Positions 26,751 to 38,779 of a stretch of 64,000 nucleotides of DNA are shown in pieces. The position numbers and the translations under genes are program-made. Where the stretch lies: assembly GCF_001194135.2 (NCBI RefSeq), contig NC_068981.1:52009710-52073709 (forward strand), written 5' to 3'. Origin of the DNA: Octopus bimaculoides (lineage: Eukaryota). Position 1 is the stretch's first letter, and each line of letters opens with the position of its first letter. The notes beneath the pieces were generated by a model. It saw nothing but the letters and a program-made list of their open reading frames with translations. It was not told the origin of the DNA and searched no databases.

Positions 26751-28799
26751 TAATTATGTACTACTATTATTTTTTATAACCTATTTTCAAATGTTTAATT
26801 ATTAATCAACTAAACAATGATTTTTTTTAAGTGCAAAAAATATTTCAATTGAATTATTTTTTTAATTTTTAATAGAAATAACAAGTAATAACGTGTAATA
26901 AAATTTTTAGTTTTAATAAAAACTAATATTTTTTAAATCTAAATATTCTATTTCAAATTTTATCCTTAGCTGCAATATTTTAAGTAAAACTTTTCTTGTT
27001 CTGTACTTTATCAGATGTCCTGTACTTTTCCAGGTTTATAATCTGAAGAATATTATTGCTCTGGCGCGCATTTTACCATGTAATATAGTAATCATAATAA
27101 CAGCAAAGGCGAAAGAAAATAGTTGATCGTTAGCACAAATGATATATTCTTTTACTAGAAGACAAGACGGTCTTCATTTCAATAAAATATATACACATTA
27201 AGTTATGCCACCAGATGTGATTTAGGAATGGTTATCGCACATAGTGACATAATTTAGGAAAGCCTATCATACCTGATAAAACAGGTGACGAATACTCGTA
27301 TGTTGATAATAAAGAGATCACGTAAAGAGATAAAAGTAGCATACCACACTGAAAACCAGAAAACATTTAACCTTCACAGATTCGTTAATAAACACATTAG
27401 TTTTGCACTAAACACAGCCATATTTTGAGAAACAAACTTCGAGGACCTTGTGTTTATAGTAGTTTATATGAAATGGCGTGTCCCCAATATAACAACTGAT
27501 GACGTGACGTACCGCCAGAGATGGATTTGAAAGGAGTGATGACAGTAATAGTAAATATACCACAAGAAATCGCTAAAGGAACTTAATCGAGAATCAAAAA
27601 TTAGATACTGATATTCGTAGCACCAAGAAATATAAAAAGAAACATTCTTGATTATATCCCCTTTTCAGACAGGGATAGTTGTAGGCCTGTTTCAAAGAAG
27701 AAAATCCGGATGCTTCAGTTACGTTACTAATAAATCTGGCTTCGGAAGGGATTCTTATCAATTTAAATAAATCAAAAGTTATCGACATGTCAACCATGGC
27801 TAAAAGTAGTCGTTTTCAGTCAGCTCGTCTTCAGAGGCTAGACTGCTTTATCTTATAGTGTCATCTTCCAGGTGATTTTAGATGAAGCTATTCTTGAATT
27901 CTTGTTTGGTGGTATACTAGCACCTGACTGCTTACTCACTTTTTCACAATGAAGAGTAAATAATAGCTTTTTCCTGGAGTTTAAAGTGAAATCTATATCA
28001 CGCTTGTCACGCTCGAAATAACTGAGAGTAGTTCGTTTCTTCACCGGACAAGCCTTCTTCAACTACTTCAAGTACCATCTGAAAGGGAGGGTAGTAGTAG
28101 ATTAGAAGTTCTGCTCTCTACAATATTTACTGAGAGGTGGATAAGAGTGGCGATTATTGTATTATTAACTGGGCCTCATCTCAATAAAATACTGTAAACA
28201 TGATACAACGAGGAAAATCTATTTCTTTGGTATTCAGTGTAGTGGGGTTTGCAGGGCCCTTTGATTAGCCCTAGCGGCTTTCCTTACCCTGGAGTCATAA
28301 ATATATACATATAAATTTTTCTACTTATGTTTCTTTGTTCTTCGCGCATGATCTAAATCCGTTAGAGCCTGCATTTTCTCTTCATAACATCCCTCGCCAT
28401 TACCTCAGTGGCAAGAAATAAAAAATGAGGGAAAGTGAGTAGATTGGTCTAAATGGACCATGCGGCTGTAGTGTGGTGGCAAGAATTGGAGAAGGCGTCG
28501 GCCGCCTTTGATTACATCAAAGGCCAATGCCTTCTCCCAATTCGGAGCTTATGTATGGGTGCTCCAAATCACGCTATGTTGCTGTTGTTGTGCCACAAGG
28601 AGGATCTTCTTATTGTTTTTTCGTCTGTTATATTAGTTCTGATTATCATTACCTATTTATAAATGTGATTTTATTGTTATTGTTGATTTCAATCTTTTAT
28701 TCGATATGAATCCCCTACAGATCCTTATTTATTGTTGTCCTATGTATTTCACCTGTTATTGTCGCCAACGTATCGAGCTCTGCACGCTAATAAAAGAAA

Positions 28800-28801
28800 T
28801 T

Positions 28802-28872
<71 letters not shown>

Positions 28873-28889
28873 GCTGGTGCTGGTGGTGC

Positions 28890-28968
<79 letters not shown>

Positions 28969-28979
28969 GCTGGTGGTGC

Positions 28980-29046
<67 letters not shown>
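28800..29046. repeat. (AGT)n/(GGT)n microsatellite with a duplicated higher-order unit
   Basis: The GGTGGTGGTGCTGGTGGTGCTGGT-type block occurs twice inside (AGT)n. Confidence 0.95.
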
Positions 29047-29047
<1 letters not shown>

Positions 29048-29724
29048 TGTCTTGTCTTTATTTCTATTGAGCGCATATCTTTGTTCAGCATCCAATTCGT
29101 TTTGGCTTCAGGCATTCTATCTTACTGAGAGTATACTCCACATAATATGTATATAGTGCCAAGTAATATTTTCTGAATGCTCTGTCTTGGTGCTTGAGAC
29201 ATACAGCACTTTTTTTTTATTATAGAGATAATTTCTGTTTTCAATCACTACATCGTTATCTCCGCATTTTTATATTTGGAAAGTCAGATATCCTGAACGT
29301 GAACAGCAGAAAGAATTACAGAGGTACTTTTAGACCCATGATTTTTCCCTCGGACAGAAGCTGATTGGTAGAATTTCTTTAGACGTCCAGAAGCATTTCT
29401 AGTAACATCTCGCTCATTGGGGTTAGTGGGCTGCTGAAATGAATCATGAACACACGCAGTGATTATGTAGGGGTAGATGATAGAAAAGGGGATGTAAAAG
29501 CATTGCAAATCTGCTCAGGCAGTTCCAGTAATTTGTTTATGTAAGTAAATAAATGAATAACTGAAATAACAGTACAATTCAGTCCTAATAAATGAAAGTA
29601 TCTTAGGCCATTCACGGAAAGTTATTCAGACTCAAATTCTACAATATCACAGAAACAAACAAAGAATCTTGCTTATAGAAACGTAGAATGCTCTTCAAAC
29701 CGAATTTCCATTCATAAAACTATT

Positions 29725-30290
29725 GAGAAGAATGAAGTTTGTATGCTTCGCTGGATGTTCAATGTTAGTGTGCATGTACAAGAAAGTGCAAATGTATTGA
29801 GAGAACAGTTAAGCATAAAAAGAATTAGATTATTAGATTTAGCGTGCAAGAGAGAAGACTGCGCTGGTTTGGTCATGTGATGCGTATGGATGGGTACAGT
29901 TAAATCAAGAAGTGCCGATCGCTTAAAGTGGATGGAACTGGTGGAAGAAGCAGACTCAGGAAGACAAAGGGCGAAGTATTGAAGGCTGATCTCAAGATAC
30001 TGAGCCTTACAGAGGAACTGATAAAGGACTAAGATGACTGGTGTTTTGCAATGCTCAAGAAGACCCGTCCATTGCAGTAAAAATGATATCCTAAAACCAC
30101 TCGGTTATGCTTGTACGTACATGCGAGACCCTGCCCCTCCCATTTTCATTCCTCCCCCATCTATGGTACAACACGGCTTCTGTATTCACCTGAGATCAGA
30201 ATCTGCACATATTACATCCGGTCCCCTTCCTAATGTGGGAAACCATTAGGGAGTAGATGAGATGTAATAGATGCCTTCAGCTACTGCTCA
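29725..30290 (+). mobile_element. RTE-clade LINE 3' end (post-RT thumb region and 3' UTR)
   Basis: MLRWM...ERRLRWFGHVMRMD (RLRWFGHV at 29856-29879)...GRSRLRKT..EV..ADL matches RTE C-terminal motifs. Stops and frameshifts are present. Confidence 0.85.
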
Positions 30291-30578
30291 CTCTCCCTTC
30301 TACTATACTTTACTTGTTCATAATCGGAGTTTGTCACCTGTATGATATATAAAATTATGGAAAACGATAACTAAATTGCGTGTGTCAACGGAATCGGAAA
30401 TTTGAAAGCAGTTAAAAATTCTACTTTGATTGAAGTAATAGTGTAATAAAGGTCAGAGTTGTACCACAGATGGGGGAGATATGAAAATGGGAGGGACATG
30501 GTCTTGCATGTATGTACAAGCATAACTGAGTGGTTTTAGGATATCATTTTTGCTCATTGAAGTAATAGTGTAATAAAG

Positions 30579-30942
30579 TCGGAGCGGGAACGCAACGACG
30601 CGCGGGAACGCAACGACGCGCGGAAACGCGGTCGCGAACGTGCGGACCCGATTCGAGAGCGATGCTTCGAGGTGCCCCGCGCGCCTCGACGACGGCGCCG
30701 GCGACGCGAGCGACAACGTTTCACGTTCTCCCTTTTACTGTGACGTCGGAGTTCGCGAAATGAAGGGCTCCAACGACTCGCAGTCGACTGGGACTCCTCG
30801 GTCCGTGTTTCAAGACGGGTCGGGTAAGTTGCCGATGCACGTCACTGACCGGCGGCAGCGGGCGGCTTTTCGGATAGTCCCGCGACCGCCGCGCGCCGCT
30901 CTCTCTCGAGAGAGGCAACGCGGCAAGAGCGAGTGGCCGCGT
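30579..30942 (-). rRNA. 28S (LSU) rRNA fragment spanning the D2 3' end to D3; dispersed, non-functional copy
   Basis: The minus strand reads ACCCGACCCGTCTTGAAACACGGACCGAGGAGTC (core at 30800-30825), the conserved eukaryotic LSU helix between D2 and D3. It is preceded by GGTCAGTGACG and lies in a very GC- and CpG-rich block, unlike its flanks. Confidence 0.85.
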
Positions 30943-31429
30943 ATCCCCTTATGTATCCCTATATCTCCTTCTCCATTTCTCCTACGACTTCTTGAACCAC
31001 TCCTATATCTCCCACCTTACTCCTCTCCATATTGGTATTTCCCTTCATCTGCGTTCCCACACCTGAACATCTCTCACAATATTAACCTCTACCTCAACCT
31101 GTTTACCTCCCCCCTTACACTTCTATGAAAGCATCCACACATTCTCTCACGTCCTCTCATGACCCACGATCTGTATCTTTTCCTATGCTCACCTTCTTGG
31201 ACCTTGAGAATTTGCTCGAACACCCCATGCACCTTCTTGCTATCTCCTTCAGTCATGTATCTCCTTAATGACAAGACACCTGTGCTTCTCATTTTATCAT
31301 ACTTTGGCCTTTCAACAACTGACATAAAGCCACCAGCCTCCACCTTCCCCTCCTAAATACATCCTCTTAGTAGTGAGAGCTTCGTACCTTTCCTTTTCCT
31401 CTGTTCTTTTCAGTGTTGGAAGCTTCATG

Positions 31430-31600
31430 ACTACCTCACTGATGCCGATGGCACGTGTAAAGCACCAAGCATCCAGCCTTAGAAACAATGCCAAATACGA
31501 CATTGGAGCCTGACGCTGCCTTGCAGCTTCCTTCCCGGTTCCCGGTCAAACCATCAGACCTACGCCAGCACGGAAATCTAACATTAAAGAATGATAATGA
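31430..31600 (+). mobile_element. RTE-type 3' tail repeat ending in (GAT)n/(TAT)n
   Basis: GCATCCAGCCTTAGAAAC...GGTCAAACCATC..ACC..GCCAGCACGGAAA...ATTAAAGAATGATAATGATGATG resembles RTE-related 3' ends as I recall them; not verified by search. Confidence 0.55.
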
Positions 31601-31608
31601 TGATGAGG

Positions 31609-31694
<86 letters not shown>

Positions 31695-31912
31695 GGGAGA
31701 GCAGGGGGGGGGAGAAACATAAAAATTATATATTTATTGCATCATCATTATTTTTTACCTGCCTGACCTTTATTACGGTGTTACTTCAATCAAAGTAGAA
31801 TTTTTAACTGCTTTCAAATTTCCGATTCCGTTGACACACGCAATTTAGTTATCGTTTTCCATAAATTTTATATATCGTACAGGTGACGAACTCCGATTAT
31901 GAACAAGTAAAG

Positions 31913-32560
31913 CGTTTTGATTTTAAACCCGATCTTTCAACTGTCTATGATTCGTACCATTTGTTCTTATCAAGAAATTAATCTTTATTCTCTGTCATTG
32001 TAGGCAACTGAATTTGTAATGATTTCATTTCCAATTTCGTGTAAGCACTTTACTTTTGACCAGTTTACTTTTCCGTATTCATAAATGTTGAGCATTTCTT
32101 AATGGTTTTCTCTATTTTAACTTTTGAACGTTAGTGTATGTGCGTTATTGTATTTAATCTTTTTCCTGAGTCTTCTTGTGTATCTATACTGTGTTCTTGA
32201 TAGGATTTGCTTCCTATCATTATTTTTGTTGATTCTTTTGTATGTAATAATGTTTTAACATTACCTTGTAGATTTATGGGCAATAATGTGACTTGTTTTC
32301 TTTCCACCCAACTGTAACTTTCTCGACCCAGTTGTAGCTGTTTTGTAAAATGATTACATTTATGTAAGACCTCTGCCTCCTTTTTATGTGTATATTTGGT
32401 AAATATCTGCCTCTGTGTGCTATGAATATTTACTTTTTGTTTTAGCATCCATTCTGAGCATCTCATTCAGCACCTACTTTAGTATATTATAGTGGTTTTG
32501 ATATCACAAAAACAGACGTTTATGGTGTCCATCTTATTTTGGCATAGAGCTCATTGTTCA
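31913..32560 (-). mobile_element. Degraded R4-clade LINE relic (thumb to C-terminal region)
   Basis: The minus-strand frame NEMLRMDAKTK...HTEADIYQIY.*KGGRGL...FYKTATTG (KGGRGL at 32366-32383) matches R4 LDRKTRK...HPKADxxRLY..RxxGGRGL..YKTxTIG. KWYE follows downstream. Confidence 0.65.
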
Positions 32561-33085
32561 TGATCCGTTTCTAGCTTTTTGTCATACAACATTATTTTTA
32601 TGAGATAACGTTGTTATTGTTGTGGTAGTCGTCATTGTTTTGTTTTGTTTTGTTTTTGCCTTTATTGCTGTTGTCATTCTCACCATCGTTTTGCTGTAGT
32701 TTCTATTATTATTGCTATTGTTGATTTGCTGTTGTTCTTCTTGTTCCTGACATTATTATTATTATTATTATTGGTTGGTATATTGTTGTGAGGGTGGTAG
32801 TGGCTATCGTTGTTATTGTTGTTCAGAGTAATTAGTTTACCGAAAGTTGCACACGGTTTCAATTCAAAGCTAAGAACAGTACCCGACCATTATCCTATTA
32901 ATATCTTTGGGAAAATTTTTAACGTCAGAAACTTATAGATGTTAATTAGAAGCATTCTAAGCAGCGTAGAATGGAATATTCGTGTGCGCTATCATATTTA
33001 ACATATTCGTGTGCACTCGAACATGGAAAGACATGCGCTGCCGAAATTGTTTCTCGAGAAAAAGTTTTGCTTGTAGATAATGTGT

Positions 33086-33317
33086 TATTTCTTTACTACC
33101 CACAAGGGGCTACACACAGAGGGGAGAAACAAATACAGACAAACGGATTAAGTCGATTATATCGACCCCAGTGCGTAACTGGTACTTATTTAATCGACCC
33201 CGAAAGGATGAAAGGCAAAGTGGACCTCGGCGGAATTTGAACTCAGAACGTAGCGGCAGACGAAATACCGCTAAGCATTTCGCCCGGCGTGCTAACGTTT
33301 CTGCCAGCTCGCCGCCT
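33086..33317 (-). mobile_element. Young full-length tRNA-derived SINE with a 16-bp TSD
   Basis: The head GGCGAGCTGGCAGAAACGTTAGC...GTTCTGAGTTCAAATTCCGCC carries A and B boxes. The TSD CTTGTAGATAATGTGT is at 33070-33085 and 33318-33333. Confidence 0.93.
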
Positions 33318-33494
33318 CTTGTAGATAATGTGTGAAAGGCACATCGTTGGTCTATGAACAACATCATCGAACTGCAAGACGGATGTGCTTCTGACTTGTT
33401 ACACATTCTCAGTGACGAATGGTGAATCGTTGTTCAAAGCCACTAAGAACTTTTGAAATTAATTAATTGGAGTCGAACTAAGCAGTGTTAAATG

Positions 33495-33650
33495 AAATAT
33501 ATGCGTGTACAATCATATTTTACACATTGGTGTATTCTTTGACATGAAAAGATATACGCTGCCGAAATTTCCTCGAGAAAAAGTTCTCCTTATAAACAAC
33601 ATACCCGAGTGTACACGAATATGTTACATATGATTGTACACACATATTTT
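33495..33650. mobile_element. Putative ~155-bp MITE
   Basis: Imperfect terminal inverted repeats (AAATATATGCGTGTACAATCATAT / ATATGATTGTACACACATATTTT). A diverged partial copy lies at ~32975-33075. Confidence 0.5.
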
Positions 33651-34075
33651 TTATAAATGTTAGTCATCAACATTCTTACCATTGATATTATTGAGAAAGA
33701 TCAGTGGGTGATAGAACCGGTAGAGCATTAGTAAGATGAAATACCATATTTACTTAGGTTGTATTGAAATTCTATTGAGGTACATTTTGTGTTTCATTTG
33801 ATCAGAGTTATTGAAATAAGTACCAGCCACATACATATTTCTGTTATCTTTATGACTTTGGATAATAATAACGAGATGATTTTCCATTATGTCACTGTCT
33901 ATATGAATTGGCTTATTTCGGGGTATGTTCACTTTGCAGTTCTCTGAGATATCTTTGTAATGTCTGTATACACCATTTCATTTCTATTGACATTTCATTA
34001 CGTTGTTATAATTTCGTGTATATGAAAGCCTCGTCTCCGTTATGTAAATATATGTAAATATATATGTACATATAC

Positions 34076-34114
<39 letters not shown>

Positions 34115-34879
34115 NNNNNNNNNNNNNNNNNNNNNNNNNNNNNNNNNNNNNNNNNNNNNNNNNNNNNNNNNNNNNNNNNNNNNNNNNNNNNNNNNNNNNN
34201 NNNNNNNNNNNNNNNNNNNNNNNNNNNNNNNNNNNNNNNNNNNNNNNNNNNNNNNNNNNNNNNNNNNNNNNNNNNNNNNNNNNNNNNNNNNNNNNNNNNN
34301 NNNNNNNNNNNNNNNNNNNNNNNNNNNNNNNNNNNNNNNNNNNNNNNNNNNNNNNNNNNNNNNNNNNNNNNNNNNNNNNNNNNNNNNNNNNNNNNNNNNN
34401 NNNNNNNNNNNNNNNNNNNNNNNNNNNNNNNNNNNNNNNNNNNNNNNNNNNNNNNNNNNNNNNNNNNNNNNNNNNNNNNNNNNNNNNNNNNNNNNNNNNN
34501 NNNNNNNNNNNNNNNNNNNNNNNNNNNNNNNNNNNNNNNNNNNNNNNNNNNNNNNNNNNNNNNNNNNNNNNNNNNNNNNNNNNNNNNNNNNNNNNNNNNN
34601 NNNNNNNNNNNNNNNNNNNNNNNNNNNNNNNNNNNNNNNNNNNNNNNNNNNNNNNNNNNNNNNNNNNNNNNNNNNNNNNATACAATCCGCATATGCCCAC
34701 ATATACACACACATACATGTACGCACACGCACACATGTATGTATATATATCTATATACATACTTGCACACGCGTGTACATATACATACAAACACACACAT
34801 ATACATGTATACGTGTCTACGCATACACGCACATACACACGCATATATACCCATGCACGCATTACTACACTCATATACA

Positions 34880-35110
34880 CATTCATCCGCGGATATACAA
34901 AACGTAGTTTATACGCACATGCATATGCATACATAGAAAACGGATATACAAATAAAAACACATACGCAAAAACGCACGCATCATTATGTTCATATACACA
35001 TCTCTATACGCACATACACATACATACGCGGATATACAAAACGTAGTCTATACGCACATGTACATACATACGCGGATAGACGTATATACAAATAAAAACG
35101 CATGCGCAAA
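34880..35110 (+). repeat. Two-copy ~140-bp minisatellite inside (TA/CA)-rich DNA
   Basis: GCGGATATACAAAACGTAGT..TACGCACATG...TATACAAATAAAAAC is repeated. Confidence 0.7.
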
Positions 35111-35297
35111 ATACATAAAACCGTGAAACATTCACATTCGCCACAAAACTTGAATATACAAATGAGTTATATATGTATATACACAAATACACCCTCCTGT
35201 CTGTCAAACACACCTACACCTGCAAATATATAAACGTATATACATACATATATGTATGAAGGAGGGAGACAAGTACAACTGATAGAGTCTTGCACTC

Positions 35298-35362
<65 letters not shown>

Positions 35363-35505
35363 ATCATTCGTACACATAAATGTATGCACGCACATGTACA
35401 TTAGGCATATACTACACGCGTATGAGTTACACAATTATAAAGGGTGAAAAATAATATACAGAAAAAATATATAAGGTTATAAAGTGTATGTTAAGACATA
35501 TGAAA

Positions 35506-35715
35506 GGCTTGTACGTGGACATAATATAAGAACCAGGTTCTATCTGTGATCTTAGGGGTTCCAAAAACGTAGCAAATGTTTTGTCGTATGTGGACATGAT
35601 CCATATGACATGCCATATGGGTCATGTCCACATACGACAAAACATTTGCTACGTTTTTGGAACCCCCAAGATCACAGATAGAACCTGGTTCTTATATTAT
35701 GTCCACGTACAAGCC
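35506..35715. repeat. 210-bp near-perfect palindrome
   Basis: Arms 35506-35607 and 35614-35715 are reverse complements with 2 mismatches. Confidence 0.97.
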
Positions 35716-35805
35716 CAAGGTTATAATAGCTCAAAGTGCCACGCAGTGGGACTGACAGTGGAACTGAACCCGGAAACATGTAGTTGGGAAGCAAGCTTCT
35801 TACTA

Positions 35806-35846
<41 letters not shown>

Positions 35847-36329
35847 GAAAAATATTTCAATACAAATGTATTAATACAAATGTATCAATTTCCAGCAAAA
35901 AGTAGCCCTAAAGGGTATATATATATAAATTCATAAGAATGGTACAACAAGGTACCGATATTTGCTGGAGAATAGCAATCGATATAAAAACGACGCTATT
36001 GTATAGCTTCACTGCGTATATACTGGCAAAAATGCGTGTGTGCAACAAAACATGAAAAACTTGTCTTACCTTAGGAAGAACATNNNNNNNNNNNNNNNNN
36101 NNNNNNNNNNNNNNNNNNNNNNNNNNNNNNNNNNNNNNNNNNNNNNNNNNNNNNNNNNNNNNNNNNNNNNNNNNNNNNNNNNNNNNNNNNNNNNNNNNNT
36201 ATATATATATATATATATATATTTCTGTTAAGACAGTACTACAAAAATGCCATGTAATTTATTAGACCTACACATCCTTCACATATTTGTCACTTTGTAT
36301 TCTGCTTTATTATATGCTCTGGGTATTTT

Positions 36330-36690
36330 CGGGGTGGAGAGACTTCAGCATAATGCCGTATTCAAAAGCTCTATGGTTTCAGCTTTGAATCCTACGCAAA
36401 ACAAGACTTGATTTTGGTGGGAGGGGGACTGTTAAAGTCAGAAAACTCTTTCTCTGTGTTCTTCTTTTCTACATTAGTTTTCTTATATTCTTAGCAAGTT
36501 ATCATGTGAACCTCAGATTCTCCTTTGTTCCCGTAGAGCCAACGATTACACCTTCTTGATCTTTGCAGCCATATGCGCCTATGCAGCTTCACTTCTATTC
36601 TGGACCTGTCTTTTTTTTTCCAGATATGCATTTAACATTTGTGACATGTCCAGTTATAAGGTTTCTTATGCTTTAGCTCAGTTTGATAGG
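36330..36690 (-). mobile_element. Degraded R4-like RT relic
   Basis: SCIGAYGCKDQ (GAYGCKDQ at 36556-36579) matches the R4 RT motif GCRxGSYGCKDQL. Confidence 0.5.
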
Positions 36691-36705
36691 GTTCTGTGGT
36701 TTTCA

Positions 36706-36787
<82 letters not shown>

Positions 36788-38779
36788 ATTTAGTTTGTCG
36801 ATTAAGATAGTTTTCTTCAGCTGGTTCTTTTAATGGACGGTTATATATTTTTCCTAATTTCAAGTACTTTACAACTTTTATTATTCCTTAAAATTTTCGA
36901 ACTGTTCCTCTTTTGCATCGTATGAGCTACATGCATTTTTTTTTTTCTTTCAGGTATTTCCCCTGCTTCACAAGAATCTAAAACATTTTTGCTTTTACCG
37001 GTACCTGTACTACCCATTGCCTTCCTTCTCTTGCTGCTAGGAAATCATTATCCTATGCATTTTCAAATCGGTTGAGTGGGAATTAAGGGAAACTTGGCAG
37101 CTACTTCTTTTTTATTATGGTTATTGAAATGATTGTTACTTATGATATTAAAAAGAGTATTGTTATTATTCTCACTAATAACATTATTAATGATATTTCT
37201 ATTGCTATTGTTATTGTTATTACTATTATTAATTTTGTTGTTGTTATATTTAATAACAAAACCTTATAAATATAAACAAAATATTTAAATTTTATTTTCT
37301 TTTTCTCCAATTAGAAATCTACATTATGTAGAATTGCTGAAATGTAAAAATATCTTTTTGTCATTCACATTTTTTCTACATTTTCCAACATTAGGTAAGG
37401 AGAGTGAAGATGAAGTTTGTCTCATTTTTCTCTTTCTGACTATAGCAGAAAGGTGGACTGTCTCTTAACTATAGAAAACGTTTCATCCTAGAAATACGTG
37501 TCAAAATGATGTATAGTGTATTTATTTTTGTCCAATTAGAACTTTACATTATGACAAAAATATGTGAAAATTATCAAGAGCAGTAAAAGTAAAATTCATG
37601 AATATACGATTTCGAGAATTTGTATTTTATTACACGTTTCTTTCATAGATATTTTATATTCATAACATCATGTTGCTGATAAGTTTTGCTGGTTGTTCTG
37701 CATCTGCTTTTCAAAGAGAAAAATAAAACATCAGCATTTTTACTCTTACCTTTCGTCCATTCCTTCTTATTTCTCTCTTTCCTTTCTGGAAAATATCTTG
37801 AAGTAATCGTGTAGCAAACTCAACATCTCTATCATCATAGGAAAGTAAAATTTAGCTAGCTGTCGACAAATAGTCGTCTTACATTCTAAACCATTTGACC
37901 TTTCTTAGCTTCAGATTGAAATTTAAATCACTCTGTATATGAGGAAGATTTAAAGCCAAGGGCTATTAATAATACCTACGTTAACTCAATAGACCAATAC
38001 TGGAAATTGGAAACACCATTTTTTATTTTATATTTATTTTGATTTCGATTTTTTATTCAATATTTCTATCAGAATAAACATAGTTGCTCGGTTTTAATGT
38101 GTCAGTGATGCGATCGACTGCTTTTGCAAAGTAGTAGAAGCCATATTCATTTTCGAATTTTAAATGATATTCAAATTTTTTTAAAAAGTAGAAGGTCGAG
38201 AAAATTGTGGCCAATTGTTTATTTCTGGAAAATTTTTAAATCTTCAGTTGGTATGAATACATACATGTGTGAATGCATCTTTGCATATGTATGTGTGTGT
38301 TTGAGTCATTACAAAGTTGCTCCAATGCAAATTTTGCTATAAATAATAGATCAAAATATATGGGATGAAACCCGCTAATACGGAAAAGGTAGACAAAATC
38401 ATTCATCTTACCAACGAGAAAAGGAATTTGCTTATTTTTGAAATTTTGTTTTATAATTTGAAGTATTGAGATATATGAAAAGAAGGAATTTTTTGTGATA
38501 TTAAGGATTCCAATTTCACGGTTCAAGCCGGAAAATCACTTATTATCTACAACAAACATGTAAGTCGATTTCTGTGGGTAATTTTCACCAATTTTGTCAA
38601 TGGATTTTTACTTCATATATTATGAATTATGATTTATAGCTCTGACAGCAAAATGGGGGTTTGTTTATAAACAATGGCACTTCTTTTGGTTTGTCGGCGA
38701 AGGGCTTATGTATTTTTTTGTATGTATGCTTCATTTATGTATATTTTTGTATGTATTACATACAGAAAGCTTGTATGTC

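Larger units (their letters stand above)
30308..31912. repeat. ~150-bp inverted repeat pair (30308-30456 and 31763-31912) enclosing a chimeric 1.3-kb insert
   Basis: Direct comparison shows ~96% identity by eye (5 substitutions, 1 indel). No TSD is evident. Confidence 0.92.

Noticed and set aside
29284-29433. Possible minus-strand exon QPTNPNERDVTRNASGRLKKFYQSASVRGK after CATTTCAG
   Set aside because: No convincing donor site and no recognisable homology.
30640-31128. 162-aa GC-rich plus-strand ORF
   Set aside because: It is the antisense reading of the 28S fragment plus pyrimidine-rich DNA; high GC suppresses stop codons.
32131-32466. 111-aa minus-strand ORF
   Set aside because: It is an off-frame reading of the degraded R4 relic; the R4 motifs lie in another frame with stops.
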